Notes under the pieces: model-generated
Seen by the model: only the letters and a program-made list of their open reading frames with translations
What the model was told of the DNA's origin: nothing
The model's database searches: none
Shown here: positions 10,410 to 20,683 of the stretch, one piece after another
How the letters are laid out: the number at the start of each line of letters is the position of its first letter
Position numbering within the stretch: the stretch's first letter is position 1
Position numbers and translations under genes: made by a program
Assembly (NCBI GenBank): GCA_963790475.1
Contig: CAWBOS010000010.1
Coordinates: forward strand, 544,001 to 608,000
Direction of reading: 5' to 3'
Length of the DNA stretch: 64,000 nt
DNA from: an uncultured delta proteobacterium
Lineage (GTDB): Bacteria; Desulfobacterota; RBG-13-43-22

Positions 10410-11782
10410 CTATTTTTTTACACGTCCGACGAGTTTCGGATCCATGCCGGGCATACAATTCTTAGCCGGTATCCAGGTGGGATCACTGGGGCCAGCATTT
10501 TTAGTGAACCACTTATTGGGGAATTCCAACGTGCAAATCGCACGCTCGGCTATAGCCTCATGATCATCGGGCCTCATATACTGTTTCTGGCCGATGGCGT
10601 CGAAGGAATCTCCTTCCCAGGCAGCGATGATCTTTGCGGGATCGAGGCTCCCGGCCTTTTGGATGACCTGACATAACCAGTAATAGGAAACCGTGTTTCT
10701 GAGCCATCCGCCATTGGGCCACTCATACAAAGGGGTATTATAGGGGGCCTTCCAGGTCTTCCACAATTTATTCCAAATTCCATAAATTTTTTATCATTCG
10801 GATGTCTTTTGGGGTCCAGTTGAAAATCGGTGTTCAGTATCAGTCCCCGGCCGGCCGGTCCGCCGATAGCCTCCAGGGGTTGGGTGGCGTCCAGAAAGGT
10901 ACTGATTATGGGAATGTACAGGTCCTTGTTTAAGGGACTTTTTAAGCCGAGTTGTCTGGATTGCTTGATCATATTCTCGCTGTCGGCTCCCCAGGCCATG
11001 GAAAAGATCGCCTCGGCTCCGGAGGCCCTGACCTTCTCCAGGTAAGGCCCGAAGTCTTTGGTGAACACCGGAAAATATTCTTCCCCGACAATCTGGGCCT
11101 TGGGCTTCATGGCTTTTAAGGTTTCTTTAAAGGCCTTGGCGGCGGCATGTCCAAAAAGGTAGTCCTGGGCTAAAATGTAAAACTTGGTTTCCGGTCGTTT
11201 TTCATAAAAAGCCCCCGCCGCCTTAACCATCGCATCAACAGTCCCGCAAGTGCGAAAGGTATATTCGTTAAAATCAGGAGTGAACATAAGCTCATCGGTA
11301 TAGGCGGCATTGTTCACCAAAATGACCTTGTATTGTTTGGCCACGGCCATGCCGGCCTTCATCAGGTGGCTTCCGGCTACCCCGGTGAGGAAATTGACCT
11401 TGTCTTCCAAGATGGCCTTTTCCATGGCCCGTTTAGCCGGGTCCGGCTTGGCCTGGGTATCGGCCTTGATGATTTGAATCTTCTTCATCTTGCCGTCCAC
11501 CTTGATGCCGCCCTGGGAGTTGATGTCCTGGGCCACGAATCCCAACAGGGCGTAATAGGCCTCCCCGATCCAGGCATCCGGTCCGCTGAAAACATCCCAG
11601 ATGGCGATCTTTATGGTGTCACCGGAAGTGGGGAAGGTTTGATTGTTGGGGTCATACTTGGCAAGGTCCCCTTTGAGGGGCACGAAGGCCCCGGCCTGGG
11701 GCAGACCGGCTAAAAAAACAAAAAACATAAAAATGCATCCCATTACTACCCATTTTCCATGATAGCTACCTTTTGTTTTCAT
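10410..11782 (-). CDS. Liv-family ABC substrate-binding protein; frameshift near 10780
   Basis: Signal peptide, DINSQGGI, YTFRT, QDYLFG; C-terminus (WEGD...MRPDDH) in the 10410..10766 frame. Confidence 0.85.
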
Positions 11783-12215
11783 CTTTTCCTCCTTGTTATA
11801 AGGTTTAGTTACTGGTTAAAAAATTAAAATTAGTTATGGGTCAGCGAAAAATTGGGCAAAGAAGGGTTTCGTTTTATGAATATTCAAGAATAAGTAGGTA
11901 GTGGTGAAAATAAGGGAATTTGGCGTAAGGGACTTGCCCGGTACAAGTGACATAGGGCGGTCGCCGATAGACGGGATCTTGACAAAAGAAATGTCCTCTG
12001 AAATCAAAAGTATCTCCGAAAAAGACAATATGACCCTGACTATTTCTTCTATAAAAAAATGCTTAGGTTATTCTTAAGGTTTTTAAATCCAAATCCAATA
12101 ACACAAAAAATGGGGGAACATTCGAGATTGTTAAAAAATTCTTTTGCTTTGGTTCCCGAGGTGGATTGAATCTAATTTAGCCCAAAAATATTGTCAAGCA
12201 AAATTTCTAACAGCC

Positions 12216-12334
12216 AAGCCTCCTGCAAAACTCCGGAAGGGGTCACCCTTTTGAAGGCGAGGGTCCCGAAAGCTTTTAAGCACCGGGATTCCCACTCTGG
12301 GAGAACGACCTGAATACCTTTTTGCAAGAAGCTC
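12216..12334. mobile_element. Degenerate MITE-like element with termini AGCCTCCTGCAAAA / TTTTGCAAGAAGCT
   Basis: Imperfect terminal inverted repeats; internal decayed GGATTCCC palindrome. Confidence 0.5.
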
Positions 12335-12350
12335 AACTAACAATAAAAAC

Positions 12351-13145
12351 TTATTGTGTACTATTTAAATAGGCCAGGACCGTCTCATTGAAGTCCCGGG
12401 GGGCCTCGATGGCGGCGATATGTCCGGTAGAAAAGGTCTTCAATAAGGCCTCTTTCAGTTTTTTATGCATTTCTTCGGCCACACTCAGGGGCATAAAATT
12501 ATCGGCCGTCCCGGCCAGCATAAGGACCGGACATTGGATCAGGTCGAGGTCGACCGGAACCTGCGCGGCCGCCCCCATGGCCATCATAACCGGGAGATAG
12601 CCGGAAGGGTCATTCTGCAGTTTGATGGCCTTGTATTGATTAAATACGGCCGGATCCTTTTCTTTGAATCCCGGGGAGAAGGAATTAACGGTCATGATCT
12701 CGGCAATGACTTCATTGTTTCCCGACTGGATCATCTCGATCATCATTTTGGTACGCTGCTCCCGTTCAGGAGAACTCGGTGCACCGACAACACTGTTGGC
12801 CATGACCAATCCCGTTGTCTTCCCGGGGTATTTCATGCAAAATTCAAGGGCAATACGACCGCCCATGGAATAGCCGAGAACGCAGGCCGACGAAAGGCCG
12901 AGGGCCTTGAGCAATTCATAGAGATCATCGGCAAACATATCCATCGAAAAAGGGCCGGGAGTTTTTTCCGTTTGCCCGAAGCCCCGAACGTCGTAGGTGA
13001 GCACCTGGAAGTGTTTGGAAAATTCAGGGACCTGGTTGTACCACATATTTAAATTGTCGGTGAACCCGTGAATCAGCACCAGGGTTTTCCCTTTCCCTGA
13101 CAAATCATAATTCATCTCGATTCCGTTGGCTTTTATCTTCATCAT
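12351..13145 (-). CDS. Alpha/beta hydrolase (3-oxoadipate enol-lactonase-like)
   Basis: LIHG, YDVRGFG, GYSMGG nucleophile elbow, C-terminal GH. Confidence 0.9.
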   Translation of the reverse strand: MMKIKANGIEMNYDLSGKGKTLVLIHGFTDNLNMWYNQVPEFSKHFQVLTYDVRGFGQTEKTPGPFSMDMFADDLYELLKALGLSSACVLGYSMGGRIALEFCMKYPGKTTGLVMANSVVGAPSSPEREQRTKMMIEMIQSGNNEVIAEIMTVNSFSPGFKEKDPAVFNQYKAIKLQNDPSGYLPVMMAMGAAAQVPVDLDLIQCPVLMLAGTADNFMPLSVAEEMHKKLKEALLKTFSTGHIAAIEAPRDFNETVLAYLNSTQ

Positions 13146-13208
13146 TTCTCCTTATTCTTTGAAGGGTCTTCTCCTCATTGTCTAAAAGACAAACATGAGT
13201 AACATAAA

Positions 13209-13276
13209 GTCATTCCGGCGAGAGCCGGAATCCAGAGTTTTGAATTCCCTGGATGCCGGATCAAGTCCGGCATGAC
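13209..13276. repeat. REP-like palindromic doublet GTCATTCC..GGAATCCAG / CTGGAT..CC..GG..ATGAC
   Basis: Two facing hairpins; the same core recurs at ~16060, 19583, 20523, 22333, 29784, 41370, 41423 and 54213. Confidence 0.85.
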
Positions 13277-13394
13277 GTCATAAAATATGCCATTTATGGA
13301 TTTCCCTAGAACCTTTGCTTATCCCAACTCTTTTAGCGAAGAGCCATATTTGAAGGTTTTTCATCCGGACCGAAATATGATAGAATTAAATTAT

Positions 13395-14858
13395 ATGAGA
13401 TTCAAGCAAAAAAGGAAATGCTTTGGAGAGGCGGACCCGCTCCCCCTGCCTGAGGCATCGGAAATCTTTGATGTCCTGGTGATCGGCGGAGGCAATGCCG
13501 CCCTTTGCGCGGCGATGACGGCCAAAGAAGCCGGGGCCTCGGTCCTTCTTCTCGAAGGTTCACCCAAGGCCTTCCGCGGGGGCAACAGCCGGCACACCCG
13601 CAACCTGCGATGTGCCCATGAAGAGGGCCAGCATCATCTGACGGGTATTTACCCGGAGGAAGAATTCTGGGACGATTTGCTTTCCGTAACCAAAGGAGAA
13701 ACCAATGAGGCCCTGGCCAGGCTGACCATTCGTGAATCCAATCAGATCGGGAGGTGGATGGAAAAACACGGTGGCCGCTTTCAACCGGCCATGCAGGGTA
13801 CCTTGCTTTTGGATCGCACCAACGCCTTTTTTCTGGGGGGTGGCAAGGGGCTGATAAACGCTTATTACGCCACCGCCCAACGATTGGGGGTGCGGATCCT
13901 GTATGAAGCCTCCGTTCAGAACCTGGAGGTCGAAGACGGACGTTTTATTTCCGCGGCCTTAGATTATCACGGTACCCCCCTGGTCACCCGGGCGCGGGCC
14001 GCAGTGCTGGCCTCGGGTGGTTTTCAAGCCGACCTGGAATGGTTGAGGGATTCCTGGGGGCCGCCGGCGGAGAACTTCATCATCCGGGGCACCCCTTACA
14101 ACAAAGGACGCCTGCTCCGTGTGATGCTGGACCGGGGAGCCAAATCCGTCGGAGATCAACGTCAGTGTCATGCCGTGGCCATAGACGCCAGGGCCCCGAA
14201 GTTTGACGGCGGGATCGTGACCCGTTTGGATTGTGTGCCTTTTGGTATTGTCGTGAACAGGAACGGCCAACGTTTCTATGATGAAGGGGAGGATTTTTGG
14301 CCGAAGCGTTACGCTATCTGGGGCCGGCTCATAGCACAGCAGCCGGATCAGATCGCCTATTGTCTGATCGACGCCAAAGCCATCGATCTGTTTATGCCTT
14401 CGGTTTTTTTACCCATTGAAGAGGGATCGATAAGGGCCCTGGCGGAAAGACTGAACCTGGATTCGAGTGCTCTGGAAGGGACCGTCGATGCTTTTAACAG
14501 CGCCGTGCAGGCGGGTGCTTTTAATCCCTCTGAACGGGATTGCTGTTCCACGAAAGGCTTGAGTCCGACTAAGAGCCATTGGGCCCGGCGGCTCGATGTC
14601 CCACCGTTCTATGCCTATCCCTTACGCCCCGGGATCACCTTCACTTACCTGGGTCTTACGGTGAACCAGCAGGCGCGAGTGATTCTGCAAGACGACAGAC
14701 CGGCGGCCAATATTTTCGCCGCCGGTGAGATCATGGCTGGAAACATCCTGGGACAGGGATACCTGGCCGGATTTGGAATGACTATCGGCACAGTATTCGG
14801 CCGTATTGCCGGAAAGGAGGCGGCACGCTGTGGCGTCCATTGCCGTAAAAGAAGCTGA
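13395..14858 (+). CDS. tcuA: FAD-dependent tricarballylate dehydrogenase TcuA
   Basis: DVLVIGGGNAALCAA, RGGNSRHTRN, DEGEDFWPKRYAIWG, AGEIMAGNILGQGYLAG; start uncertain (13287-13395). Confidence 0.9.
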   Translation: MRFKQKRKCFGEADPLPLPEASEIFDVLVIGGGNAALCAAMTAKEAGASVLLLEGSPKAFRGGNSRHTRNLRCAHEEGQHHLTGIYPEEEFWDDLLSVTKGETNEALARLTIRESNQIGRWMEKHGGRFQPAMQGTLLLDRTNAFFLGGGKGLINAYYATAQRLGVRILYEASVQNLEVEDGRFISAALDYHGTPLVTRARAAVLASGGFQADLEWLRDSWGPPAENFIIRGTPYNKGRLLRVMLDRGAKSVGDQRQCHAVAIDARAPKFDGGIVTRLDCVPFGIVVNRNGQRFYDEGEDFWPKRYAIWGRLIAQQPDQIAYCLIDAKAIDLFMPSVFLPIEEGSIRALAERLNLDSSALEGTVDAFNSAVQAGAFNPSERDCCSTKGLSPTKSHWARRLDVPPFYAYPLRPGITFTYLGLTVNQQARVILQDDRPAANIFAAGEIMAGNILGQGYLAGFGMTIGTVFGRIAGKEAARCGVHCRKRS

Positions 14859-15927
14859 ACGGGTGATGAGGATCTGCAACGCCTGCCGGTATTGTGAGGG
14901 TTTTTGCGCGGTATTTCCGGCTATGGAATCAAGACGGTTCCTGGGTGAACAGGATCTTAAGTATCTGGCCAATCTCTGTCATGATTGCCGGGGGTGCTAT
15001 TACGCCTGTCAGTACGCACCACCCCATGAGTTCAACTTGAATCTGCCTAAGTCCCTGGCTGATCTGCGGCTGCAATCTTATCAGGAATACAGCTGGCCTC
15101 CGGCATTGAGGAGACTTTTTGACTATAACGGACTGCTGGTTACCCTCTCGGCGGTGCTGGCCGTCTTTCTCCTGTCTATGCTCGCCTGGCTGATCCGGGA
15201 CCGGACGGTTTTTTTCGGCAGTCACCTTGGTCCCGGGGCGTTTTACCGGGTGGTTCCTTATACCATAATGGTGGTGCCCTTTATCACCCTGGCGATCTTT
15301 GTCCTTTGCAACCTGGGGAGAGGAACGGCTGCCTTTTACCGGGGGGCCGGTGGAAATTTAAAGGACTCGCTGAAACTTCGGGCAAACTTTAGAAGTGTCG
15401 GGGACATCCTGAGAATGAAATACCTGGACGGCAGCGGATATGGCTGCAATTATCCGGGCGAGCGGTTCACCATGCTCCGCCGCTATTTTCATCAATTGGT
15501 TTTTTATGGCTTTGTCCTTTGTCTGGCAGCCACCACCATGGCCTTTTTTTATCACCATTTTCTGGGACGGCCGGCGCCTTACCCATTTTGGAGTTGGCCT
15601 GTGGGCCTGGGGTCCCTTGGCGGGTTGGCCATACTGACCGGAACGGGGGGCTTGCTTTTCCTTAAGATCCGAATGGATCGGGTCCCGGCCGGCAGCGGAT
15701 CTCTCGGCCTGGACCTTAGCTTTTTAATATTCCTTTTTTTAATCAGTCTCACCGGGCTTCTATTGTTCTTTTTCCGATTCACTCCGGCCATGGGCATCCT
15801 CTTGGTCCTGCATCTCGGTTTAGTAGCCACTTTTTTCATTACCCTGCCTTACGGCAAGTTTGTCCATGGGGTTTATCGTTATGCGGCGCTCTTCCGCCAC
15901 GCGGTGGAACAATCAGGAAAGAATTAG
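14830..15927 (+). CDS. tcuB: Tricarballylate utilisation 4Fe-4S membrane protein TcuB
   Basis: ICNACRYCEGFCAVFPAME, LANLCHDCRGCYYACQYAPPHEF, PYGKFVHG; directly after tcuA. Confidence 0.92.
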   Translation: MASIAVKEAERVMRICNACRYCEGFCAVFPAMESRRFLGEQDLKYLANLCHDCRGCYYACQYAPPHEFNLNLPKSLADLRLQSYQEYSWPPALRRLFDYNGLLVTLSAVLAVFLLSMLAWLIRDRTVFFGSHLGPGAFYRVVPYTIMVVPFITLAIFVLCNLGRGTAAFYRGAGGNLKDSLKLRANFRSVGDILRMKYLDGSGYGCNYPGERFTMLRRYFHQLVFYGFVLCLAATTMAFFYHHFLGRPAPYPFWSWPVGLGSLGGLAILTGTGGLLFLKIRMDRVPAGSGSLGLDLSFLIFLFLISLTGLLLFFFRFTPAMGILLVLHLGLVATFFITLPYGKFVHGVYRYAALFRHAVEQSGKN

Positions 15928-16023
15928 AAGTCCGGTTGGCTTCGGGGGTTAAGGGAATCGCCTAGTTAAGAAAAAGCCTTGACCGAGTAACGATCAATAA
16001 AATAGGATTGACTAAATATGAAT

Positions 16024-16157
16024 GATGGACCTGTAAAAAGTCACCGGAAGCCCATTTTCGTCATTCCGGGCTTGACCCGGAATCCAGGAACTTCACCAGA
16101 TTAGAAAATCTCTGGACCCCGGTTTTCACCGGGGTGACATCTTTTTACGAATAAACC
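16024..16157. mobile_element. MITE, family B (GATGG..GTAAAAAGTC ... CTTTTTACGA termini), degenerate copy
   Basis: Colinear with the copies at 20487 and 54177. Confidence 0.7.
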
Positions 16158-16172
16158 AACTCTGAATTAGAG

Positions 16173-16868
16173 GTGAAAAATATGATCAAAATTATCGGTA
16201 TTAGCGGCAGTCAGGTCAAAGACGGCAATGTGTCGGCCCTGCTTGAGGCTTCCCTTCTTCAAGCCAAGAAATTAAAGGACGTGTCTTCTGAAATCATAAA
16301 TCTGGCCGGGAAAAAGATCGGCCCTTGCCGGCATTGCAACTGGTGCATCAGCAAACAGACCATGGAAAGCCCTTGTTTTCAGGAAGACGACATGGGGCCT
16401 ATTTATAAAAAACTTTTAGAAGCCGACGGGATTCTGGTGGCCTCGCCGGTGCATTTCGGCCGCTTGTCCGGATTGACGGCCGATTGGATGGACCGCACCC
16501 GGGCCTTTATCCACGGCAAGATATATAAATTATCCCTGACGAATAAGGTCGGTGGGGCCATGGCCGTGGCTTTTTTCCGCGGGGCCGGTCTGGAAACCAC
16601 CCTGTCGACCCTGGACCTCTTTTTTCTGACCCACCAGATGATTGTGGCCAACAGTCGAATGTATCAACTGGGAGCCGGGGCATTCTCCAGCCGGGAGGGA
16701 AAGGGGCGTTTTGAAAAAAATATCCGGCATATGACCTTGGAGGATGATTACGGGGTCCAGTCGGCCAGGATGCTGGTGGAGAGGGTCATTGAACTATCCA
16801 GGATTGTTAAAGGCAGGCACACAATCCTTGGGATAGGTTTCATCATCAAAAGCCCTCGGCCCCTTTAA
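16173..16868 (+). CDS. Iron-sulfur flavoprotein / NADPH-dependent FMN reductase family
   Basis: IIGISGS, CRHCNWC..C, ASPVHFG; probable +1 A near 16810 alters the tail (VKAGTQSLG stop). Confidence 0.88.
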   Translation: MKNMIKIIGISGSQVKDGNVSALLEASLLQAKKLKDVSSEIINLAGKKIGPCRHCNWCISKQTMESPCFQEDDMGPIYKKLLEADGILVASPVHFGRLSGLTADWMDRTRAFIHGKIYKLSLTNKVGGAMAVAFFRGAGLETTLSTLDLFFLTHQMIVANSRMYQLGAGAFSSREGKGRFEKNIRHMTLEDDYGVQSARMLVERVIELSRIVKGRHTILGIGFIIKSPRPL

Positions 16869-16870
16869 GA

Positions 16871-17499
16871 TTAATGGGTTCCTTTCAAATATCCCTGTCG
16901 CAAGTCCTCAGGGAATTTCTCGATGGCATAGCGGAGCATGGTTCGGGGCATAGTCTTATAGTGGACTTTTAGGAACGACTCTTCGGCCTTTCGATCCCGT
17001 TTGCCGATTTCCCGCAGCATCCAGCCCACCGCCTTGTGGATCAAATCCTCTTTATCTTTCAAAAATAATCGTGTGACTTGTAAAGTCTTGGAGAACTCCC
17101 CTTTCTTGATGAAGTGAGAGGTGGCCATGATAGATCGACCAGGTCCCAATTGTTTACAAGCCGGGTATTTTGCAGGTAGGATAGGTATATCTGTTCTCTC
17201 AGAAATCCATCCCCTTGTTGGTAGGCCCGAACCATGATAAGCAAGGCCAGGAGCCGGGCTTCATGGATTGGGGAATGAAGTAAGCGAGCGGCAGTGGAAA
17301 GGGGGACGGACTGGTATTCCTTGGCCAGCTTTCGAATCTCCGGAACCCGTAGACCGGCAAATACATCCCCTTCTCCATGTTCGCCTGGGCCGGTTTTGAA
17401 AAACCATTGCAGGTCCCTGGCCCTTTGCGGATCACCCAGGTCCTTCATTCTGGAAAGGATGCTTTGAAAATTAATTTTGTTCATGTTTTTTTGACCCAT
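16871..17499 (-). pseudogene. DNA alkylation repair protein (AlkD-like) with out-of-frame internal deletion at ~17130
   Basis: FFKTGPGEHGEGD...VNNWDLVDLS joins directly, in another frame, to IMATSHFIK...DLIHKAVGWMLREIGKRD...MPRTMLRYAIEK. Confidence 0.82.
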
Positions 17500-17618
17500 T
17501 TATTTAAATTTATCATATTTTTTATCTGAACCTTATTTTTTTTACTTTTAATACTTTTTTTGATAAAAACATCAAAAAGAAAGAGAAATCAAATTCCAGG
17601 TTATTAGAGGAGGGGACC

Positions 17619-19500
17619 ATGGCGGAGAAAAAATTTCAGATTCGAACCATCACCGATATAGAGGCCCTTGAGAAAACCCCGATCCAGGCCAGGATTACGG
17701 CTTTTAATACCTATGAATTACTCAAGCAAGGTGCGGCTATCAATCCGGAGGCCCCGGCCATCAGTTTTTTCCTGACCGGTGAGGATTACTTAAACCCTCA
17801 GAGAATAATTTACCGGGAATTTTTATCCAAAATTACCCAAACAGCCAATCTCTTTCACGACCTTGGGGTGGGGACGGGGGATGTTATTTCCTACCTCCTG
17901 CCCAACCTCCCGGAGACCCACTATGTACTCTGGGGAGGGGAGGCCGCCGGAATAGTCAATCCTATCAACTCCCTGTTGGCCCCTTCCACCATCCGGGAAA
18001 TCTGTCAGGCCGCCGGGACCAAGGTCCTGGTGACCCTGGGTGAGTTTCCCGGGGCCGACATCTGGCAAAAGGCCAATTCAATCCGGAAAGATCTCCCAAA
18101 CCTCAAGGCCTTGATAAGTGTTTATGGACCTGGAGATGAAAAGGAAGGGATCTATAGCTTCCATGAACTTCTTCCCCGTTACCAGGGAGATCGACTCGAT
18201 TCCGGCCGCATCATCGCCCCCGAGGACATCGCCTCCATGTATCACACCGGCGGTACCACCGGAACCCCCAAGCTGGCTCCGCATACCCACTATAATGAAG
18301 CGGTGATGGCTCATATGGCCGCCTTAGGGATGGAATTATATTCAGGGGAAGTGATTATGTGTGGCCTCCCGCTTTTTCATGTCAACGGGACCACGGTTAC
18401 CGGATCGTTTCCTTTCTCTATTGGTGCACATGTGGTGATCCTTTCGGCCCTCGGCTATCGAGATCAGGCGGTTATGAAGAATTTTTACAAGATCGTGGAA
18501 CATTACGGTGCGGTTGCCTTTTCCGCCGTTCCGACTATCCTGTCCGTTCTCCTGGATATACCCAAGGGGGATGCCGATATTTCATCGCTTCGTTACCTGG
18601 TCTGTGGGGCAGCCCCTCTTTCCGTGGAACTTTTCAAGCGGTTCGAAGTCCACAGCGGCATGAAGATCATTGAAGGCTACGGTCTGACCGAAGGGACCTG
18701 TGCTTCGTGCATGAACCCCTATCATGGGGAGCGGAAGATCGGGTCTATCGGTCTGAGGCTTCCCTATCAGGAGATGAAGGTCTTCTTGGTCGATGAAGAA
18801 GGCTAAGTTCTCCAGAGAAGCGGAAACCGACGAGATCGGAGAGGTCTGCATCAAAGGCCCCAATGTCTTCAAGGGATATGCGGATGAAGCCCACAATAAA
18901 CGCATCTGGCCCCTTCCGGAATGGTTTAATACCGGGGACCTGGGAAGACAGGATAAAGACGGTTATTTCTGGCTCACCGGGCGCAGGAAGGAACTCATTA
19001 TCCGCGGGGGTCATAATATCGATCCGGCAATAATCGAGGAACCTTTGTATCGACTCCCGGATGTTATGGTGGCCGCCGCCGTGGGGAGTCCCGATCCCCA
19101 TGCCGGTGAAATCCCGGTGGCCTACGTGGAGCTGAAACAAGGGGCTAAAATAACCGAGGACGAGATCCTGGAATATCTCCGGAAAGAAGTGGGTGAACGG
19201 GCGGCCGTTCCCAAACAAGTCTTCATCGTCCCCCAGATCCCCCTTACTCCGGTAGGAAAAATCTTCAAACCGGCCTTGAGGTGGGAGAGCATCCGGAAGG
19301 TCTACCAGCAGGAGCTTTCCGCTTTGGAAGGGATGGCCGGTAAAATAGAGGTGATGGTAACCGAAGACAAGGTCCATGGGTCGTTGGTTACCATCACCAT
19401 CACCCCTTCGCCCGGTGTCTCGCAAGAGACCATCCGGGAAAAGGTGGCTGAGGCCCTGGCCCGTTATACCGTTCGATATGAATTGAATTTCAGACAATAA
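17619..19500 (+). CDS. AMP-forming acyl-CoA synthetase; single-base frameshift near 18804
   Basis: YHTGGTTGTPK, EGYGLTE; then GPNVFKGY, NTGDLG, IIRGGHNIDP, PVGKIFK in the next frame. Confidence 0.9.
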
Positions 19501-19557
19501 ATAATATAAACTCAATAAAATTGTCGATTTCACCCCCATCCTAACCCTCCCGCCTTG

Positions 19558-19699
19558 GAGGCTGTGTCACAATTGTATTTATGTCATTCCGTGCAAGCGA
19601 AGCGAGACACGGAATCCAGTATTTCCAATAAGTTCTGGATACCGGCTTTCGCCGGTATGACGCCTTTGATGGCACTTCCAGTAATTGCGACACAATCTC
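19558..19699. mobile_element. 142-bp MITE, family A (GAGGCTGTGTCACAATT ... AATTGCGACACAATCTC), flanked by TTG direct repeat
   Basis: Terminal inverted repeats and 3-bp flanking duplication; inverted near-identical copy at 41385..41526; sits in the loop of a CCCTCCCGC/GCGGGGGAGGG hairpin. Confidence 0.85.
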
Positions 19700-19837
19700 T
19701 TGCGGGGGGAGGGGAGGGAGAGGGGAAAGAAAAATTAATACTTCTGTATAAGTTTTTTAGGGTTCAAAGACCGGCCTTAAGAAGAAGGATACTATTCTCC
19801 TCCCAATCGACTCCAATTGTTTCGTGTTAGCCCCGAG

Positions 19838-20365
19838 CTATTTGGATTTTGAAAGATACTCATCAATTTCATCTTTATGTAATTGGACATACCGACAGCT
19901 TGGCTCTTCTCCACAGGTTCGACAGGCCTTGTCATAGGCGGAATTGATGGTTTGGCACTTAGGGCAGGAGTAATGCTCGATCATTTCGTCGAACCAGGCC
20001 GAGAATCCGTTTTCGGCAATCTGTTCCTGCGATTCCCAGAGTTCAATCCGGTGAGGGCGTTCGGCCTGAAATTTTCTTAATTCTTCACAGGGATATTCAT
20101 CACATTCCCCGCAAAATTCGATGCCTTTATCGGCCGCGCAGGCCACCATCCGGCAATTATTCTTACAATAATAGCTTCGTTTGTCCGAACGGCAACCTTC
20201 ACATTCCCAGGCTTCTACCGGCATCTGAAATCTTTCAGCAATGGCCTTGAGACGTCGAGGATCTTCTTTGGTGCCGATAAAGAGGGTGCAGGAAGGGCAA
20301 AATAAACCGCATACGGCGGACAGTTTCTTTTTTTCCTGAACATCTTTGGGGATATCCATTTCCAT
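19838..20365 (-). CDS. DUF3795 Cys-rich protein
   Basis: CGLFCPSC, CEGCRS, C..C, FCGECDEYPC pattern plus C-terminal CPKC/CRTC. Confidence 0.8.
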   Translation of the reverse strand: MEMDIPKDVQEKKKLSAVCGLFCPSCTLFIGTKEDPRRLKAIAERFQMPVEAWECEGCRSDKRSYYCKNNCRMVACAADKGIEFCGECDEYPCEELRKFQAERPHRIELWESQEQIAENGFSAWFDEMIEHYSCPKCQTINSAYDKACRTCGEEPSCRYVQLHKDEIDEYLSKSK

Positions 20366-20486
20366 CCTCTTTCTTTTTTATTCTCAATTCTTTTTATTCT
20401 GAATCATGATAGACACGAATCAATAACGCTCTATAGTTCGTCCTTTGAGTGCTTGTCTAAAATTATTTTCGAATCCTGCCAAATTT

Positions 20487-20665
20487 GATGGCTTCAGAAA
20501 ATGTCGCCAAAATCCCATATTCGTCATTCCAGTCTCGCATCAACTGCGGGATAGACTCCAGATGGAATCCAGTATTTTTATGCCGTTAAGAATTCCCTGG
20601 ACCCCGGCGCCTGCCCCGGACCCGATCCGGGGTTCGCCGGGGAGACGACTTTTTACAAGTCCATC
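20487..20665. mobile_element. MITE, family B, with 6-bp target duplication AAATTT
   Basis: GATGGCTTCAGAAAATGTCG ... CGACTTTTTACAAGTCCATC; AAATTT on both sides. Confidence 0.8.
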
Positions 20666-20683
20666 AAATTTAGAAAAAGGTAA

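Noticed and set aside
13395-15927. Calling tcuAB cobZ (precorrin-3B synthase)
   Set aside because: It lies outside the riboswitch-controlled operon, is split into two genes, and the cluster is the cobalt-early anaerobic type with CbiX, CbiD and CbiG.
19750-19835. attC site after the DUF3795 gene (GGCTAAC on the minus strand)
   Set aside because: No matching GTTRRRY box or palindromic body at a plausible distance.
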